In this document: positions 34,350-48,990 of the stretch, in pieces
Layout of the letters: the number at the start of each line of letters is the position of its first letter
Numbering within the stretch: the stretch's first letter is position 1
Source of the DNA: Mobula birostris
Lineage: Eukaryota
Direction: 5' to 3'
DNA: 64,000 nucleotides
Assembly: GCF_030028105.1 (NCBI RefSeq)
Contig: NC_092374.1
Location: forward strand, 193,187,345 to 193,251,344
The notes under the pieces: model-generated
Databases searched by the model: none
Told to the model about the DNA's origin: nothing
What the model saw: only the letters and a program-made list of their open reading frames with translations
Made by a program: the position numbers and the translations under genes

Positions 34350-37300
34350 TAAATTCCTTGCTGATTAGATTTGATGCAAACATGCTGCATTTCATCGTAT
34401 GTATTAATGTACAGTAACAATAGAGCTTATCTTTAAAATCATTTTTCCACAGCCTCTGGTAGATAGTTACAAGCATTCACATCCCTTTAAGAGATGAAGT
34501 TTCTCCTCCTTGAATCACCTTATCGAGTGCACAGTTGGGGCATTGACTACCCAGCTCACTTATTCAAACATATAGGCAAGCATAAGGAAAGTTCGATCAA
34601 TAACAATTTAAATAGCAATTTAGACCCTGATCTAGCAGCTTGTGGGGTGCTTTATTCTATGTGGAGGCAACTGAGAGAAGGTTTATTTGGACTGGTACCT
34701 GGAATGGATGTGCTGGTTATCTTGTGAGGAAATGTTGACAGGGTAGTCTTGTATTCACTTGAACAGCAATGTTATTCTTAACCTGTGCTGCCTGCTCTGG
34801 GAGTACATGATAGGACAGTGTGAGGTGTGTTTTTGTCTATCTTGAAGCTGTCCAATACTGTCTTCTTAACATTCAGACCCAGTAACCAGACTGATTACAA
34901 TCGAGTCCAGACCTGTGTCGCTGAAATTAATTGCTTTGCTTGAGATTCCTTCTGACTGTGGCTGTGCAAAATCAGCTTCAGTCAAGCAGCAACACACACA
35001 AAATGCTGAAGGAAATCAACAGGTCAGGCAGCATCTATGGAGGGAAGTGAACAGTCAACATTTCAAGCTGACAACCTTCATCAGTTTGGCTAGATTGGAA
35101 GTATTGCATTCAGTTCTGGTTGACCCATTATAGGAAGGATGTGAGGCGTTTGGAGAGGGTGTAGAAAACTTAATACCAGAATGCTGCCTGCTATAAAGGG
35201 AAGGTGACAACTGGGTCATTTTCTCTGAAGTGATGAAGGCTGAGGGGAGATTTGAAAGAGTTTCATAAAATTATGAGAGGCATAGTTAGAGTAGACAGAC
35301 ATTATCTTTTTTTCCCAGGGCTGAAATGAGGACATGCATTTAAGGTGAGGGGGGTAAGTTCAAAGCAGATGTGCGGGGCAAGTGTTTTGCATGGCGAGTG
35401 ATGTGTGACAGGAATGCACTGACAGGGATGGTGCTAGAGGCAAATACAATAGTGGGGTACAAGAGATTGTTAGATAGGGACACAGATGTGTTGGAAATTG
35501 AATGATGGGGACATCTTGTAGTCAGAAGGGATTAGTTTAGTTGGGCGATTCATTGCAAAGTTAGTTCAGCACAACATTGTGTTCCTGTGCTCTACTGATC
35601 TTGGAGTGTATACTCATGCACCTCCCTGAAGTATCATCGGGATTCAATTAGTTGTCCAATAGACATGTCCAGACTCTGAGAGACGATCATAAATACAGAA
35701 GATTCTGGAGATGCTGGAAATCCAGGGCAACACCCAAACGCTGGAGGAAATCAGCAGGCCAGGCAGCATCCACGGAGGGGAATAAACAGTCAACGTTTTG
35801 AGCCAAGACCCTCCTGATGACCCTCCCTCTGAGGGAACTCTGCTGTGTGATTTACTCTGTGTGACTTTTGTCCTTCTTGACCCTCTAATGTTAAAAGTAT
35901 GGTCTTGCCCCTTATGGGCAAGGATTTGATCTTGTTTCCAGGACCTCTGGACAGTGGAGCTCAGTGAAACCCAGGTTTTTGAAATCTCCAGCCAGACCCT
36001 GATACGTAGTGCTGCACTTTCGATCCTTCATTGAGATCATCTCCCCTGGTCTGCTATATCAGGAGCATTGCACACATGGTGCCTTTAGCATTGTCAAGGA
36101 CCCCTCCCATCCATCCAACAATCTCTTTGACCCCCTAGCATCAGGCCAGACCATTAGGACAAGGACTTTTCTGATAGAAACCAGCTTCTTCCCCTAGGCC
36201 ATGGAACTAATGAACTCCTTACCACCACCCAGGTCTCATCATGCAGGAATCACCAGTAGCATTATGCTATTCACATTTTAACGTGTCATAAATACTCCTT
36301 ATGGTAAAGGTCAATCTTCAGGAATATATGTTATTATTTGTTAATTTATTTGTGGTAATATTACTATATGTATTGTGTGTGAGTATGTGTACTGTGTTGT
36401 ACACCTCGGTCTGGAGGAATGTTGTTTCATTGGCAGTACATGTGTACATGGTTGAATGGCCTCTACCTACTAACCCACCCCACTATTACTTTATAATTTC
36501 CTGTCAGAGTCACCTTATGTACAGACACTCATGTACCTAGTGTCACTTCATGGACAAATAGTCAATCGATGTTTATAAGCTATCTTATGTATTTATATTT
36601 ATTGTGCTTCTTAATTTATTATGTTCTATTTGTGCTGCATCAAATTCAGAGTAACAATTATTTAACTTTTCTTTACGCTTGTGTACTGGAAATGACACTC
36701 AGCAGATGAGGCAGTATCTATGGAGCGGAATAAACAGTTGTCATTTTGGGCCAAGACCCCTCCAATGACCCTCCCTATGAGGGAACACTGCCATGTAATT
36801 TACTCTGTAGGTCCCTTGTCCTCCTTAATCCTCTAATGTTGGAAATATAGTCTTGCCTTTTACCCCCGCTAGGATTTGATTTTGTTCCCAGGACCTCAGT
36901 ACAGCGGAGCTCTGTTTTCAAAATCTTCAGCCAGGCCCTGATACGTGGTACTGAACAGTCACATCCTTCACTGAGATCCTTTCCCATGTCCTGATATTTC
37001 TTTGTTCTGGCAGATCACCTTCATTTCAGTGGCAAACAGCTGGGTTGGTTCTCCTCCAGTTCCAGTGAATAATATGGTTCATTTTCCGAAGTGTTAATGG
37101 AATTTTCTTGTCCCTGGGGAATATTTACGGAGCATGCTCGCCAGCCTCAGCCTGTTGCTTCAATTCAGAAAAAATGTCTCAGCTTTTTAATTTGGACTTT
37201 AATCTTTCTCTTGTGACACAGGGATGATTCCTCCTTCATTCATTGAATGAAGCTGCCCTTAGGTCACAGAAGAACAGATCCCCTACTTTGCCACCAAACT

Positions 37301-40300
37301 CTTGGTGGACTGAGACCTCCTGGCAGCCTACACAACGGGGGCAACCTGAATGACTTTCCCCCATGGTATTGTTATCAGCATTGCTGCCTCTCGTGTGAAA
37401 GAGTGGAGGTCAGTTTCCCCCGGGAGGACGATGGGGAAGTTGTGATTGTGAACAATTTTGGGCTCCATATCTGAGGAAGGATGTGCTGTAACTGGAGAGA
37501 GTCCAAAGGAGGTTGACATGAATGATCTCTGGAATAGAAAGTGTGGATTGACATTATGTTAACAGAAAGAAAATAGACTGCTAAAATTAGTGGGCCATTC
37601 TCAAATTGACAGGATCAGAATCCTTTATTATCGCCAAGTATGTGGACACATACAGGGAATCCGATGCTGGTTTCCCTGAGCTCTCGCTGTACCAATGGTC
37701 TGCTCTGAGGCACAGTGCTAGAGATGCTAAATCCGTGACTCAGAATGAGAAGATCAAGTATAATATATCCAAGTTTGCTAACAAGATCCAGCTAGGTGAC
37801 AGTGTATGAGGAGAAGATGGAGAGGTGACAATGGACAGACTACATGAAAGGTAGAGAACAGTTTCATATGAAGGAATGTGAGGTCATTCACAATGTGGAC
37901 TACTTATCATTTAGGTAATGAGATGTTGCCGTTCAGAGGGACGTGGGTGCCTTTGTACACAGATCATAAAAGGTTAATGTTCTCCAATTAGGAAGACAAG
38001 CAGTATGATGTTCTTTGTTGCAAGAGGATTTGAGTGTAACAATAAATCAGGTTCAGATTCATTTATTTATCACATGTGCATTGAAACATGGTGAAATGCA
38101 TTGTTCACATTAACATGCCGCACAACCTAATGATGTGATGGGGCAGCCTGCAAATGTCGCCACGCATTCCAGCACCAATATAACATGCCCACAATGCTTG
38201 GCAGAACAGCACAGAACACAGAGACTAAAACAACAGCAAAACAAGCCCTGTTCCTCTCTCCCATTCACCTACTGTACACAGTCCTCCAACCCCAGGGCAG
38301 GCCAAAGTCAGCCTGCAGCAGACTTAGGGATTCATAGACACTGGGCTTCAACTTCCTCAGTGGACTTGCAAGAGACCTGCAGACCCAGGTTTCTGCACCT
38401 TCCAGAGTGCGATCGACCCTGTAAGATGCTCTACTACAATCATACATGGTTCTGGTGAGATCATTCCTGCAACATTATGTGCAGGCCTGGTTTCCCTTAC
38501 GCATAAATTATATAACCGTACTAAGGGGAGTACAATGAAAGTTTGACCGACCGATTCTTGCAGTGGTATGCTGGTGGGGTCCATTCTACAAGGGCGCTTA
38601 AGTGGACTGGTATATTAGGAATTTGAGATTTGGGTTGTCACCTAGGAAACTTGTACAGATGTACTATGGAGAGCATTCTGCTTCACTGTCTGGTATAGGG
38701 TGACTACTGCACAGGATCGTAAGAAGTAAAACTGGTCAGCTCCATCTTGGGTACTAGCCTCCATAGTATCGAAAACATCTTCGAGATGTCTCAGTAAGGT
38801 GGCATCCATTCTTAAGAACCCCCATCATCTAAGACATGCCCTCTTCTCATTGTTACCGTCAGAAAGGACTACAGAAGCCCGAAGGCACACACACTCAGCG
38901 ATTCAGGAACATCTTCTTCCCTTCTGCCATCCGATTCCTGAATGGATATTGAACCCACAAACACTAACTCACATTTTTTATGTTTTAATTTAGCTATTTA
39001 ACACACATATGTACACTTACCGTCATTGATTTACTTATTTATTTTTTGTTCTATATTATCATGTATTGCATTGTACTCTGCCATTAAGTTAACAAATTGC
39101 ATGATATGGGGTGATATTAAATCTGTTTCTGATTTTGATATGCTCTACATTCTTTCTCAAACATGCAACATTCTTCCAGGATGGATGTGAGGCGAAGAAA
39201 TCTGCTGGCTGGGGTAACTAGAACCACAAGTCACCAGCTCAGAATATGACGTCTCCCATGCAGGACTTAGGGAAGCAGACATTTCTTCACCCAGAGGAAT
39301 GGCGAATCTTTGGGACTTCTTATTCAAGATGAAAGAGATCGGGACATTTATGGGTATGAAGCGAATCAAGGGAAACAGGAATTGAGCAGGAAAGTGGTAT
39401 TGAGGTCAAAGGTCAGCCATGATCATGTTGAATGGTGCAACAGAAGCGAGAGGCCGAATGGCCTGTTTCTTCTCCATTCCCAAGTTGAGGACAGTGTTGA
39501 CTCTGCAGGGATCTTGGTTGAAGTGTTGGAAGTGGGCATCTGGGGTTCAACAGTTGTTTTCGCAAAGGCTGCCCACCCCCAAGACCGTCAGCCCGGCAGG
39601 AGGTTGTCACAGAGCTCTCTGCTAGGACTTGTCTGTGCCCTTTGGCTGCCTGTGCTTTGGGGAAGCCTGACCGGCTGGCAGAGATGTGTTCCCACTCTCA
39701 CTGCTGCTGCTGGGCTGGGGAGGAAGCAGAGAAAATCCCCCCTCTCCTTGCTACACTGCTTTATCTCTGTTAGAATCTTTCCTGTAGTAACATGGGCTTG
39801 TAGCTTGTTAAGCAACCTTACGTTTGACACCTTGTCAGAAGCCTTCCGAAACTGCAAGAACATAACATCAACCGTTTCTTCTTTGTCTATCCTGCTTGTT
39901 ATTTCTTCAGAGAATTTCACCTGGGATGGGATAGTTGTGTCAAAGGACCTGTTTCCTGCTGCATGATTGTACAACTCTGTGACTCCAGCTGTTCTTCGGT
40001 CTACTAAATATATTGCTGTGAACAACCTCAGGGCCTTGGAGTCAGTTGGGGCCAGTTTCATGTCTGGAAAAGTTTTCCAGCACCATTGGAAATCCCACCA
40101 GGGCATCAAGGTACAAGTTTGTCACTGGACGCTAATAATGGAAATGGGCCAAATATCATTCTACTCCAGCTATACCTTTCCTTGCAGTGCAGCAGTAATT
40201 TTGAAGGAATTTCTACATGCGTTATTCCATGCTATAGGAGGGATAGTGATAGAAAGATCCCTTAAGTTGAGTATGATACTCTCCTAAGTGGTTGTCTATT

Positions 40301-41499
40301 GAAGGCTCCCCAAGGCCAATCCAGGATCCGCATATTCTGGTGCTGTATGGGCTATGGATAGTGGTTGGGTCTTTTGGTTAGTTAGTCTCTCTTTTTGCAA
40401 CAGGTGTTTATTCTCTGCAGCACAGCTGAGATCATTCTTGTGCAGCGCAGCTCCATCTTGAACAGATTTCCTCCAGATGCAAACTTTCCAGTTTTTAGAT
40501 GTAATGTTGAATTCCTTCAGAATGATTTTGATGTTTATCTTTGAAGTATTTTCTTTGCCCACCAGAGGCACCGAGCTTTCTTCAACTGGGAGTAAAGGAT
40601 CTATTTGGGGCAACAAGAGTTAGGCATCCAGGTGACATGACCTATCCATCAGAGTTGGTGATACTTTATCACGGTGGAAATGCTGTTCATGTTGACCTCC
40701 CCTTGTATGCTGGCGTCCTTTCAGCTGATCCTCAAAATCTTTCGTAAGGACCTTAAGTGATATTGCTTCAAGGCTTTCAGGTAGTCAGACAGGGGTAGAG
40801 AGGCATTGAGTGAACTCTTTTTAAATAATGACAGAAACAGGATGATTGCATCAGCTGAAAATTATCCATCTGCCTTCACTGAATGCTGAATGCTGGTGGC
40901 TTATTGTTCAGCATATGGCCCAACTTCAATGTAACCAGACATATCAGGGCATGTTGGCTTTCCAAGGAAAATTGCGGAGTGTAGACAAGCCCACAACATT
41001 CTTTACATTTCATTTCTTGTATAAGGATAAGGAAATAGGAGAGAGGAAGACTATAGGCCGTTCACTTCCCACACAGGGGTGACTGTGATTTTCTGATGAA
41101 CGGCTTGCATAAACCTTTCAGAGGAACTTGATATTTGTCTGTGACATCAGTGGAGATTGTTGGTCACATTAAGGGGATGGTTTTTAAGTATCCACTGACT
41201 GGAACATCCCAGGATGTGGGAGGACAAGCTGAAGAATGTACTGTAGTTTAGTGCACTCAATGGGACTGCCCTGTGGGGAAGGATCACACGGTGCTGACAC
41301 TGGACACTGAGGGATTGTGTCCTGTGGGACAACCTTTCAAACAGATATGTGAAGAACAGGTGGATGATTAAAGTGAGGGCAAGACTGACCAGGGATAAAA
41401 GAGAAAGTAGGCCTGGGATCAGAGGAGGTAGAGGAGACCCTTAATGTGTACTTTGCTTCAGTATTCAGCAGTGAGACGGACCCTGTCATTTTCATGTCA

Positions 41500-43485
41500 T
41501 TTTTAAATCTTTTTCCTTAATTATTATTGAATATCAACGAAAATACATTAAAGTAATCAAGTCAGCATGTCAATATGTATAATGAGGAATTAAATTGCCA
41601 AATAACTGATTAACAAAGCTAAACAGTATATCAATAATAAGAAGAAAAAAAAAGTGTTAAAACTATTCTTTTTTGGAAAAAAGTAAGAAGTTAAAAAGAA
41701 CCCCTGCTAACTAAAACAAAAAAAAAACCCTGCTAACAAAAAAAAATGAAAAAAAAACATTGGGAGCACAACCCCAGAGCTATATACCATACAAGCTTCC
41801 ATAAAAGAAAAATATCAATCTGCCAATTCAAATCCATTTAAAAAAGAATCAGAAGGAAATGCTCTTAATTAACTCAAATTAGATGATAGTAGCGGGCAAA
41901 AGAGCCCCACCTCTTCTCAAAGTCAAATCGAGGATCAAAAGTACGACTTCTGATTTTCTCCAAACTAAGACATAGCATCACCTGAGAGAACCATTGTATC
42001 AAAGTGGGAGCAGAGGCATCTTTCCATTTCAATAAAATAGCCCTTCTGGCCAGTAATGTAACAAATGCAATTACATGTTGGGCTGATATAGAAATATCAT
42101 GAATACATTGAGGGATTATACCAAACAAAACTGTCAATTTATTAGGATGTAAATTAATTTTTAAAGCTTTAGAAGTTGTAGAGAAAATAGATTTCCAAAA
42201 CTGCTTCAATACAGAACACAACCAAAACATATGTGTCAATGTAGCTGTCTCAGTTTTACATCTATCACACTGACTATCAACATTAGGAAATATTTTAGAC
42301 TGTTTCTCCTTTGTCAAATAGTAATGATGTACAATTTTAAATTGAATTAAAAATTGACTGGCACAAATCGAAGAAGAGTTAACCAAATTCAAAGTTCGCA
42401 ACCAATCCTCTGTTATCAAGGTCATGTTAAGCTATCTTTCCCAATCTTGCTTAACCTTGAGTGAAAGATAATTGTACTGTTGTAATAGTAAATTATAAAT
42501 ATTCCCAATAAAACCTTTCACTAAAGGATTCATTTTTAAAAGAATGTCTAACAGGTGAGAATCCTGTATATATGGAAAATTACTTAAATGTTCTTGTAAG
42601 AAATGTCTGACCTGAAGATATTGCAAGAAATGTGAGTACGAGAGAGAGTATTTAGTTACTAATTTCTCAAAAGACATCAATCGGCCTTCTTGGAACAGAT
42701 CCATGAAGGAATAGACTCCTTTATTCCTCCAAAGAAAAAAGTTTAAATAAATAATTTTGATAAATTAAACTAAGAAGGTTAAATGTTTTGAGATTAAAAA
42801 AATTACGAAACTGGTAGCAAATTTGTAATGACTGCTTAATCATAGCATATAAATTTAGATTAGAAATTTTAGCCAGTTGTACAGGTAAAGAAGCTTCTAA
42901 AAATGAAGTTAAGTAAAATTGTTTCACAGCTTTCAATTCCAAGGTGGTCGTTCATTTTTATCAGCCCAATATAACCAAGCACACATATAACATATATTAA
43001 CAGCTCAATAGTACATTTTAAATTAGGCAGAGCTAGACGTCCATCCTTCTTTAATTTTCGTAAATGATATTTTCCAATTCTTTTTCTTTTATTATTCCAA
43101 ACAAAAGATGAAATAATAGAATCAACCTGATCAAAAAACTTCTTAGTTAAAAAAAAGGAATATTTTGAAATACATATAAAAATTTTGGTAAAATCATCAT
43201 TTTAACTGCATGAATTTGGCCAGCTAACGAAAGTGTAAGTGGACTCCATCTACAAAATAGTTGTTTCATAAAATCCACTAAAGGAATCAAATTAGCTCTA
43301 TAAAGGGCTCTGTGATTTTTAGTGATAATAATACCTAAATATTAAAAAGAGTCCGTAACTTTAAAAAGAATGTCATCATATATAGAAGCAGAATCATTTA
43401 GAGGAAATAATTCACTTTTATGAAAGTTTAGATTATATCCCGAAAACTTTCCAAATTCACTTAATGATTTCAATAAACTAGGAAA
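41500..43485 (-). mobile_element. 5'-truncated L1-clade LINE (duplicate of 21243-23228)
   Basis: ORFs 41874-42425, 42432-42704 and 42721-42942. Confidence 0.85.
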
Positions 43486-44009
43486 ATAGTGAGGTCAGCA
43501 TAGAACAGATTGGTATGTTGGAACTTTTCGGCATTAAGAACTTCTAAAAAAACATTAAGGTTAAGATTAAAGAAAAACAAAAATTATTAAAAAACGTTCT
43601 TCACTCAGAGGATTGTGAGAGGGTGGAACAAGCTGCCAGCACAAGTCGTGCATGCGAGCTTGACTTCAATGTTTAAAAGAAGTTTGGACAGGTACATGAG
43701 TGATAGGGGTAAGGAGGGCTAAGGTCCTGGTGCAAGTCAATGAGAGTAGGCAGTTTAAATGTCTTGGCACGGACTTGATGGGCCAAAGGGCCTGTTTCTG
43801 TGCAGTACATTTCTATGGGTCTAATAAATGTCAAGGGCCAGATGGTATATACCCCAGTTTATTACAGGAAGCAAGGGAAGAGATTGCTGCACCCTTGGAA
43901 ATGATCTTTGCATCCTCAATGGCCTTAGGAGTGACACTAGCTGAATGGAAGGTGACAAATGACATTCCTTTGTCCAAGAAAGGTAATAAGAATATTTCTA
44001 GTGATTATG

Positions 44010-45150
44010 TCAGTGGCAGGCAAGCTATATCCAGATCTAAAGAGATGCCCTGCTTATTCAAAGAAAGGGGCTTCCCTTCCTCCACCATCAACGGTGCCTT
44101 CAACTGCATCTCCTCCTTTCTGCGCACATCTGCCCTCAGCCCATCCTCCTGCCATCCCTCCAGGGATAGGATTCCTCTTGTTCTCACCTGTAACCCCATC
44201 AGCCTCTGCAACCAGCACATAATTTTCTGTATCTCCAGCAGGATCCCACCACCAAGCACATCTTTCCCACTCCCCGCACTTTCTGCTTTCCACAGGGATC
44301 ACTCCCTACGTGACTCCCTTGTCCATTCATCCCTCTCCACTGATCTCCCTCGGGACACTTACTCTTGCAAGCAGAACAAGTGCTACACCTGCCCCTATAT
44401 CTCCTCCCTCACTCTCTCTCCCTACCATTCAGGGCCCTAAATAGTCCTTCCAGGTGAGACAACACTTCACCCTTGAGTCTGTTGGGATCTTCTACTGTAT
44501 CAGTGTGGGCTCCTGTGAGACCCGATGCAGATCGGGAGACCATTTTGCCGAGCACCCATGGTTCATCCGCCAGAAAAAGTGGAATGCCCCAGTGGCCACC
44601 CATTTTATTTCTACTTCCCATTCCCATTTTGACATGTCCACAGCCTCCTCTACTATCACGTTGAAGCCACACTCAAGTTGGAGGAGCAACGCGTTATATT
44701 CCTTCTGGGTAGCCTCCAACCTGATGGCATGAACATTGATTTCTTGAACTTTCGGTAATTCCACACCCCCTCCTACCCTTCACCATCCCTTATTCCCATT
44801 TCCCCCTCTACCTTATCCCCTTACCTGCCTATCACCTCTCTCTGGTTCTCCTTCCCCTTTTCTTTCTTCCATGGACTTTTGTCCTCTCCTATCAGATTTA
44901 TCCCTTCTCCAGCCCTGTTTCTCTTTCACCAATCAACTTCTCAGCTCTTTACCTCACCCCCACCCCCCCCCACAACCCCCGGTTTCACCCATCACCTTGT
45001 GGTTCCTCCTTCCCTTCCCCCACCTTCTTACTCTGACTCCTCATAAATTTTTTCAGTCCTGATGAAGGGCCTTGGCCCGAAACATGGACTATACTCTTTT
45101 GCAAAGAAGCTACCTGGTCTGCTAAGTTCCTTCAGCGTTTCATGTGTGAT
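44010..45150 (+). mobile_element. Penelope-like element 3' portion, degenerate
   Basis: FKERGFPSSTI, RIPLVLT and CKQNKCYTCPY motifs (Cys motif preceding GIY-YIG); hammerhead-like motif 45055-45090. Confidence 0.85.
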
Positions 45151-45990
45151 AGAGGATTCATAGAGACAGTCGGGAGAAGTATTATTTGATGAGGGATAGA
45201 CAGCATGGCTTTATGAGAGGCAGGTCACGCTTCATGCACATTGATGATGGTAGAGCAGTCTCATGTGGTGTATATGGATCTGAGTAAGGCATTTGATAAG
45301 GTTCCGCATGGCAGGCTCATTTAGAAAATCAGGAGGTACAGGAGTCAGGAAATCTTAGCTGTGTGGATTCAGAACTGACCTGTTCAGAGAAAGCAGAGGG
45401 TGGTAGTAGACAGAGCATATTCAGCCTGGAGATTGATGCCCAGTGATATTCCACAGGGAACTTTTCTGGGAACCCATGCTCTTTGTTATACGTATAAATA
45501 AATTGGATGCCGGAGTGGAGGGTCGGATAAGTTTGCAGATGACACAAAGGTTAGCGGTGTTGTAGCTTACCACAGGATATTGATAGGATGCTGAGCTCTG
45601 CTGAGGAGTGGTAGGTTGAATCTGGAAAAGTGTGAAGTGATTCAGTTTGGAAGGTTGAACTTGAAGGCAGAGTACAGGGTTAATAGTAGGATTCTTAACT
45701 GTGTGGAGGAACAGAGGGATCTTGATATTTACATCCATAGATCCCTCAAAGTCACAGTGCATGGTGATAGGGCAGTGTAAAAAGGCATATGGTGTGCTGG
45801 CCTTTCATTCGCTGGGGGATTCAGTTCAAGAGCTGTAAGGTAATGTTGCAGCTCTACCAAACCCCAGTTAGACCAGAATTGGAGTATTGTGCTCGGTTCT
45901 GGTCACTTCATTGTAGGAAGGATGTGGAAACTTTAGAGAGGGTGCAGAGGAGATTTAGCAAGACGTGACCTGGATTGGAATGGATTTCTT
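45150..45990 (+). mobile_element. CR1 LINE RT / C-terminal fragment, degenerate
   Basis: YMDLSKAFDKVPHGRL and KFADDTK readable; homologous to 60200-61050 on the minus strand. Confidence 0.85.
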
Positions 45991-46389
45991 ATGTGGATCC
46001 TGTCTGAGGATCATCATCTTATCACGGTGGAGAGGCTCGTGAGTCCCCGAGATCCCTAGAGTGATGCTGTCTGGAGTTCGATGTCTGGCGTGTTTGTTCC
46101 TGGTAGGACCACCCATGGGGGAGGTTCCAGACAAAATGATCCGATGAAGTCTTCAACAGTGGAGCTGGCTGAAGATGATGACACATCACAATGGCAGCGA
46201 AGGCAGAAGGAAGGCTGCAACAGAGAAGGGACCCCAGTTGTCTGGCATTCTATGTCACTGAACACTGACCCAGTTCTGGCGAGGGGCTGTGTGGTGGCTG
46301 TCTATGCACCAGCCTCCCTACATTAAACGAAGCCTTGCACAGGTGTTCTCCATTAAGAGGATACAACCTAACATCCCGGATTAAGTGCC

Positions 46390-47210
46390 ATGGCGATTAG
46401 CAAGTGTCAACCAGTGCGAGGCTACGGGACCGGACGAGTACTCAGGATGTGCGTGGCAGAACTGGCAGGTGTGTTTACAGATGTTTTTAATCTCTCCCTC
46501 TCCCAGTGTAGAGTGCCCTTCTGCTTCAAAACATCCACTGTTGTCCCTGTACCTAAAAAGACCAAGGTAACATGTCTGAGCGACTGGCGTCCTGTCGCAC
46601 TCACCTCAATAATAAACAAATGCTTTGAGAGGCTGGTCAAGGACTACATCTGCAGCATGCTACCACCCACACTGGACCCTCTACAATTCACCTACCGACA
46701 CAACCGATCGACAGATGACAGAATAGCCGCAGCTCTACACACCATTGTTACACATCTGGAGAAGAGGGATGCTTATGTGAGGATGCTGTTCTTGGACTAT
46801 AGTTCAGCATTCAAGACGATAATTCCCTCCAGGCTCGACAAGAAGCTCAGAGACCTTGGCCTTCACCTTGCCTTGTACAACTGAATCCTGGACTTCTTGT
46901 CAGATCACTGGCAGGTGGTAAAAGTGGGCTCCCTCACCTCTGTCCCTCTGACCCTCATCACAGGTGCCCCTCAGGGCTGTGTACTGAGCCCCCTCCTTTA
47001 CTCCCTGTATACCCATGACTGTCGCCACCAACAGCTCCAATCTGCTAATTAAATTTGCCGACAACACCACACTGATTGGCCCTATCTCGAATAATAATGA
47101 GGCAGCCTACAGAGAAGAAGTCATCCGCTGAGACAGTGGAGTCAAGAAAACAAGCTCTCCCTCAATGTCGCAAAAACAAAGGAGCTGGTTATGGACTACA
47201 GGAGGAATGG
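46390..47210 (+). mobile_element. Rex1/Babar-like LINE RT fragment
   Basis: ORF 46390-46884 (DWRPVALTS...KCFERLV...LDPLQFTYR...LFLDYSSAF), followed by [13 protein letters not shown]. Confidence 0.85.
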
Positions 47211-47359
47211 AACTACAATTGTGAATTAATCAGTCTGATGGCCTGGTGGAAGATGCTGCCCCAGAGCCTGTTGGTCCTGCCTTTTATGCTGTGGTTAATG
47301 CACAGGGTGACTTTATTGGGCAATCTAAAATAAATAATTCTTTAAACAGTCATTTTACA

Positions 47360-48990
47360 TCATTCAAAGTAAAATTATTATCGAAGTACATTATGCCACC
47401 ATATACAACCGGAGATTCATTTTCTTGCTGGCATACTTAATAAATCCATAATAGAATAATAACCATAATAGAATCAATGAAAGACCACACCAACTTGGGC
47501 ATTCAACCACTATGCTAAAGACAAGAAACTGTGCAAATACAAAAAGAAAGAGATGGCGAGTTCTTGAAAGTGAGTCCATAGGTCGTGGAAACATTACTAT
47601 GATGGGGCAAATGAAGTTGAGTGAAGTTATCCTCCTTGGTTCAGGAGCCTGATGGCTGAAGGGTAATAAGGGTAAGGGTAATAACCGTCCCTGAACCTGG
47701 TACTGTGGGTCCTGAAACTCCTGAACCTTCTTACCGATGCCAGTAGTGAGACGAGAGCATGACCTAGGTGGTGAGGTTCTCTGATGATGGATGCTGCTCT
47801 CCTGCGACACTTCATGTAGATGTGCTCAATAGTGGGGCTTTAGCTATGATGAACTGAGTCGTATTCACTAACTTTTTGTAGGATTTTTCATTCAATGGCA
47901 TTCGTGGCCCCATACCGGGCCACGATGCAGCCAGTTAATATTCTCTCCACTACGCATCTGTAGAAGTTTTTTCAAATTTTTAGAAGTCATGAGAAATCTT
48001 CACAAATTCCTAAGGGAGTAGAGCTGGTGCCGTGCTTTTCTTTATAGTTGCCCTAACGTGCTGGGCCCAGGACAGGTCCTTGAAAATGATAACAGCGAGG
48101 AATTTAAAGTCGATGTTCTTTTCTACCTCTGGTTCTCCAATGAGGACTGGCTCATGAGTCTCTGCTTTCCTCCTTCTGAAGTCAATAACCAGCTCCTTGG
48201 TCTTGCTGACACTCAGTGAGAGGTTGTTGTTGCGGCACCACTCAGCCAGATTTTCAATCTCACTCCTTTAGGCTAATTCATCACCACCTTTGATTCAGCC
48301 TATAAGAGCAGTGTCATTGGCAAACTTAAATACGGCATTGGAGCTGTCCTTAGCCACACAGTCATAAGCGTAATACAGTGCCATAGAGCATCAACACAGA
48401 GCGTCACAGGAAGTCATTCCTGCCTGTGGCCATCAAACTTTACAACTCCTCCCTTGGAGGGTCAGACACCCTGAGCCAATAGGCTGGTCCTGGACTTATT
48501 TCCTGGCATAATTTACATATTACTATTTAATTATTTATGGTTTTAAATTGCTATGTTTATACTCTATTCTTGGTTGGTGCAACTGTAACAAAAACCAATT
48601 TCCCTCGGGATCAATAAAGTATGACTATGACTATGACTATGTAATGGAGTAGAGCAAAGGACGAAGCACGCAGCCTTGTGGTGCGCCTGTGCCGGTGGAG
48701 ATTGTGGAGGTGCTGTTATTGTCAATCCAATGTGACTGGGGTCTGCAGGCGAGGAAATTGAGGATCCAATTGCACTAGGAGGTATTGAGGCCAAGGTCTT
48801 GAAGCTTGTTGATTAGTTTGAGGGGATGATGGTATTGAATGCCGAGCTGTAGTTGATAAAGGACATCCTGATGTGTGCAGCTTTGCTGTCCAGATGTTCC
48901 AGGGTTGAGTGAAGAGCAAGTGAGAAGGAATTTGCTCTGTCCCTGTTGCTCTGGTAGGCCTGTTGGAGCAGATCTAATTTGCTTCTCATG
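47360..48990 (-). mobile_element. Rex1/Babar-like LINE 3' portion, degenerate, interrupted by a (TGACTA)n-tailed repeat at about 48375-48640
   Basis: ALHSTLEHLD...INYSSAFNTIIP (48813-49016) and RAASIIREPHHLGHAL (47627-47815). Confidence 0.75.

Larger units (their letters stand above)
23874..44135 (+). repeat. Tandem segmental duplication, unit 2 (complete form)
   Basis: Matches unit 1. The junction has a 5-bp microhomology TGCCC (5589-5593, 23874-23878, 44131-44135). Confidence 0.97.

Noticed and set aside
5589-44135. The whole duplication being a simple false haplotype duplication
   Set aside because: Not favoured, because both junctions are gap-free with microhomology and the N gap lies elsewhere. 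It cannot be excluded without reads.
43700-44440. 246-aa ORF (201-aa variant at 23443-24048)
   Set aside because: Chimera of a CR1 3' end, a CR1 linker and Penelope sequence. The 23443 variant runs out of frame into IER3 exon 1.
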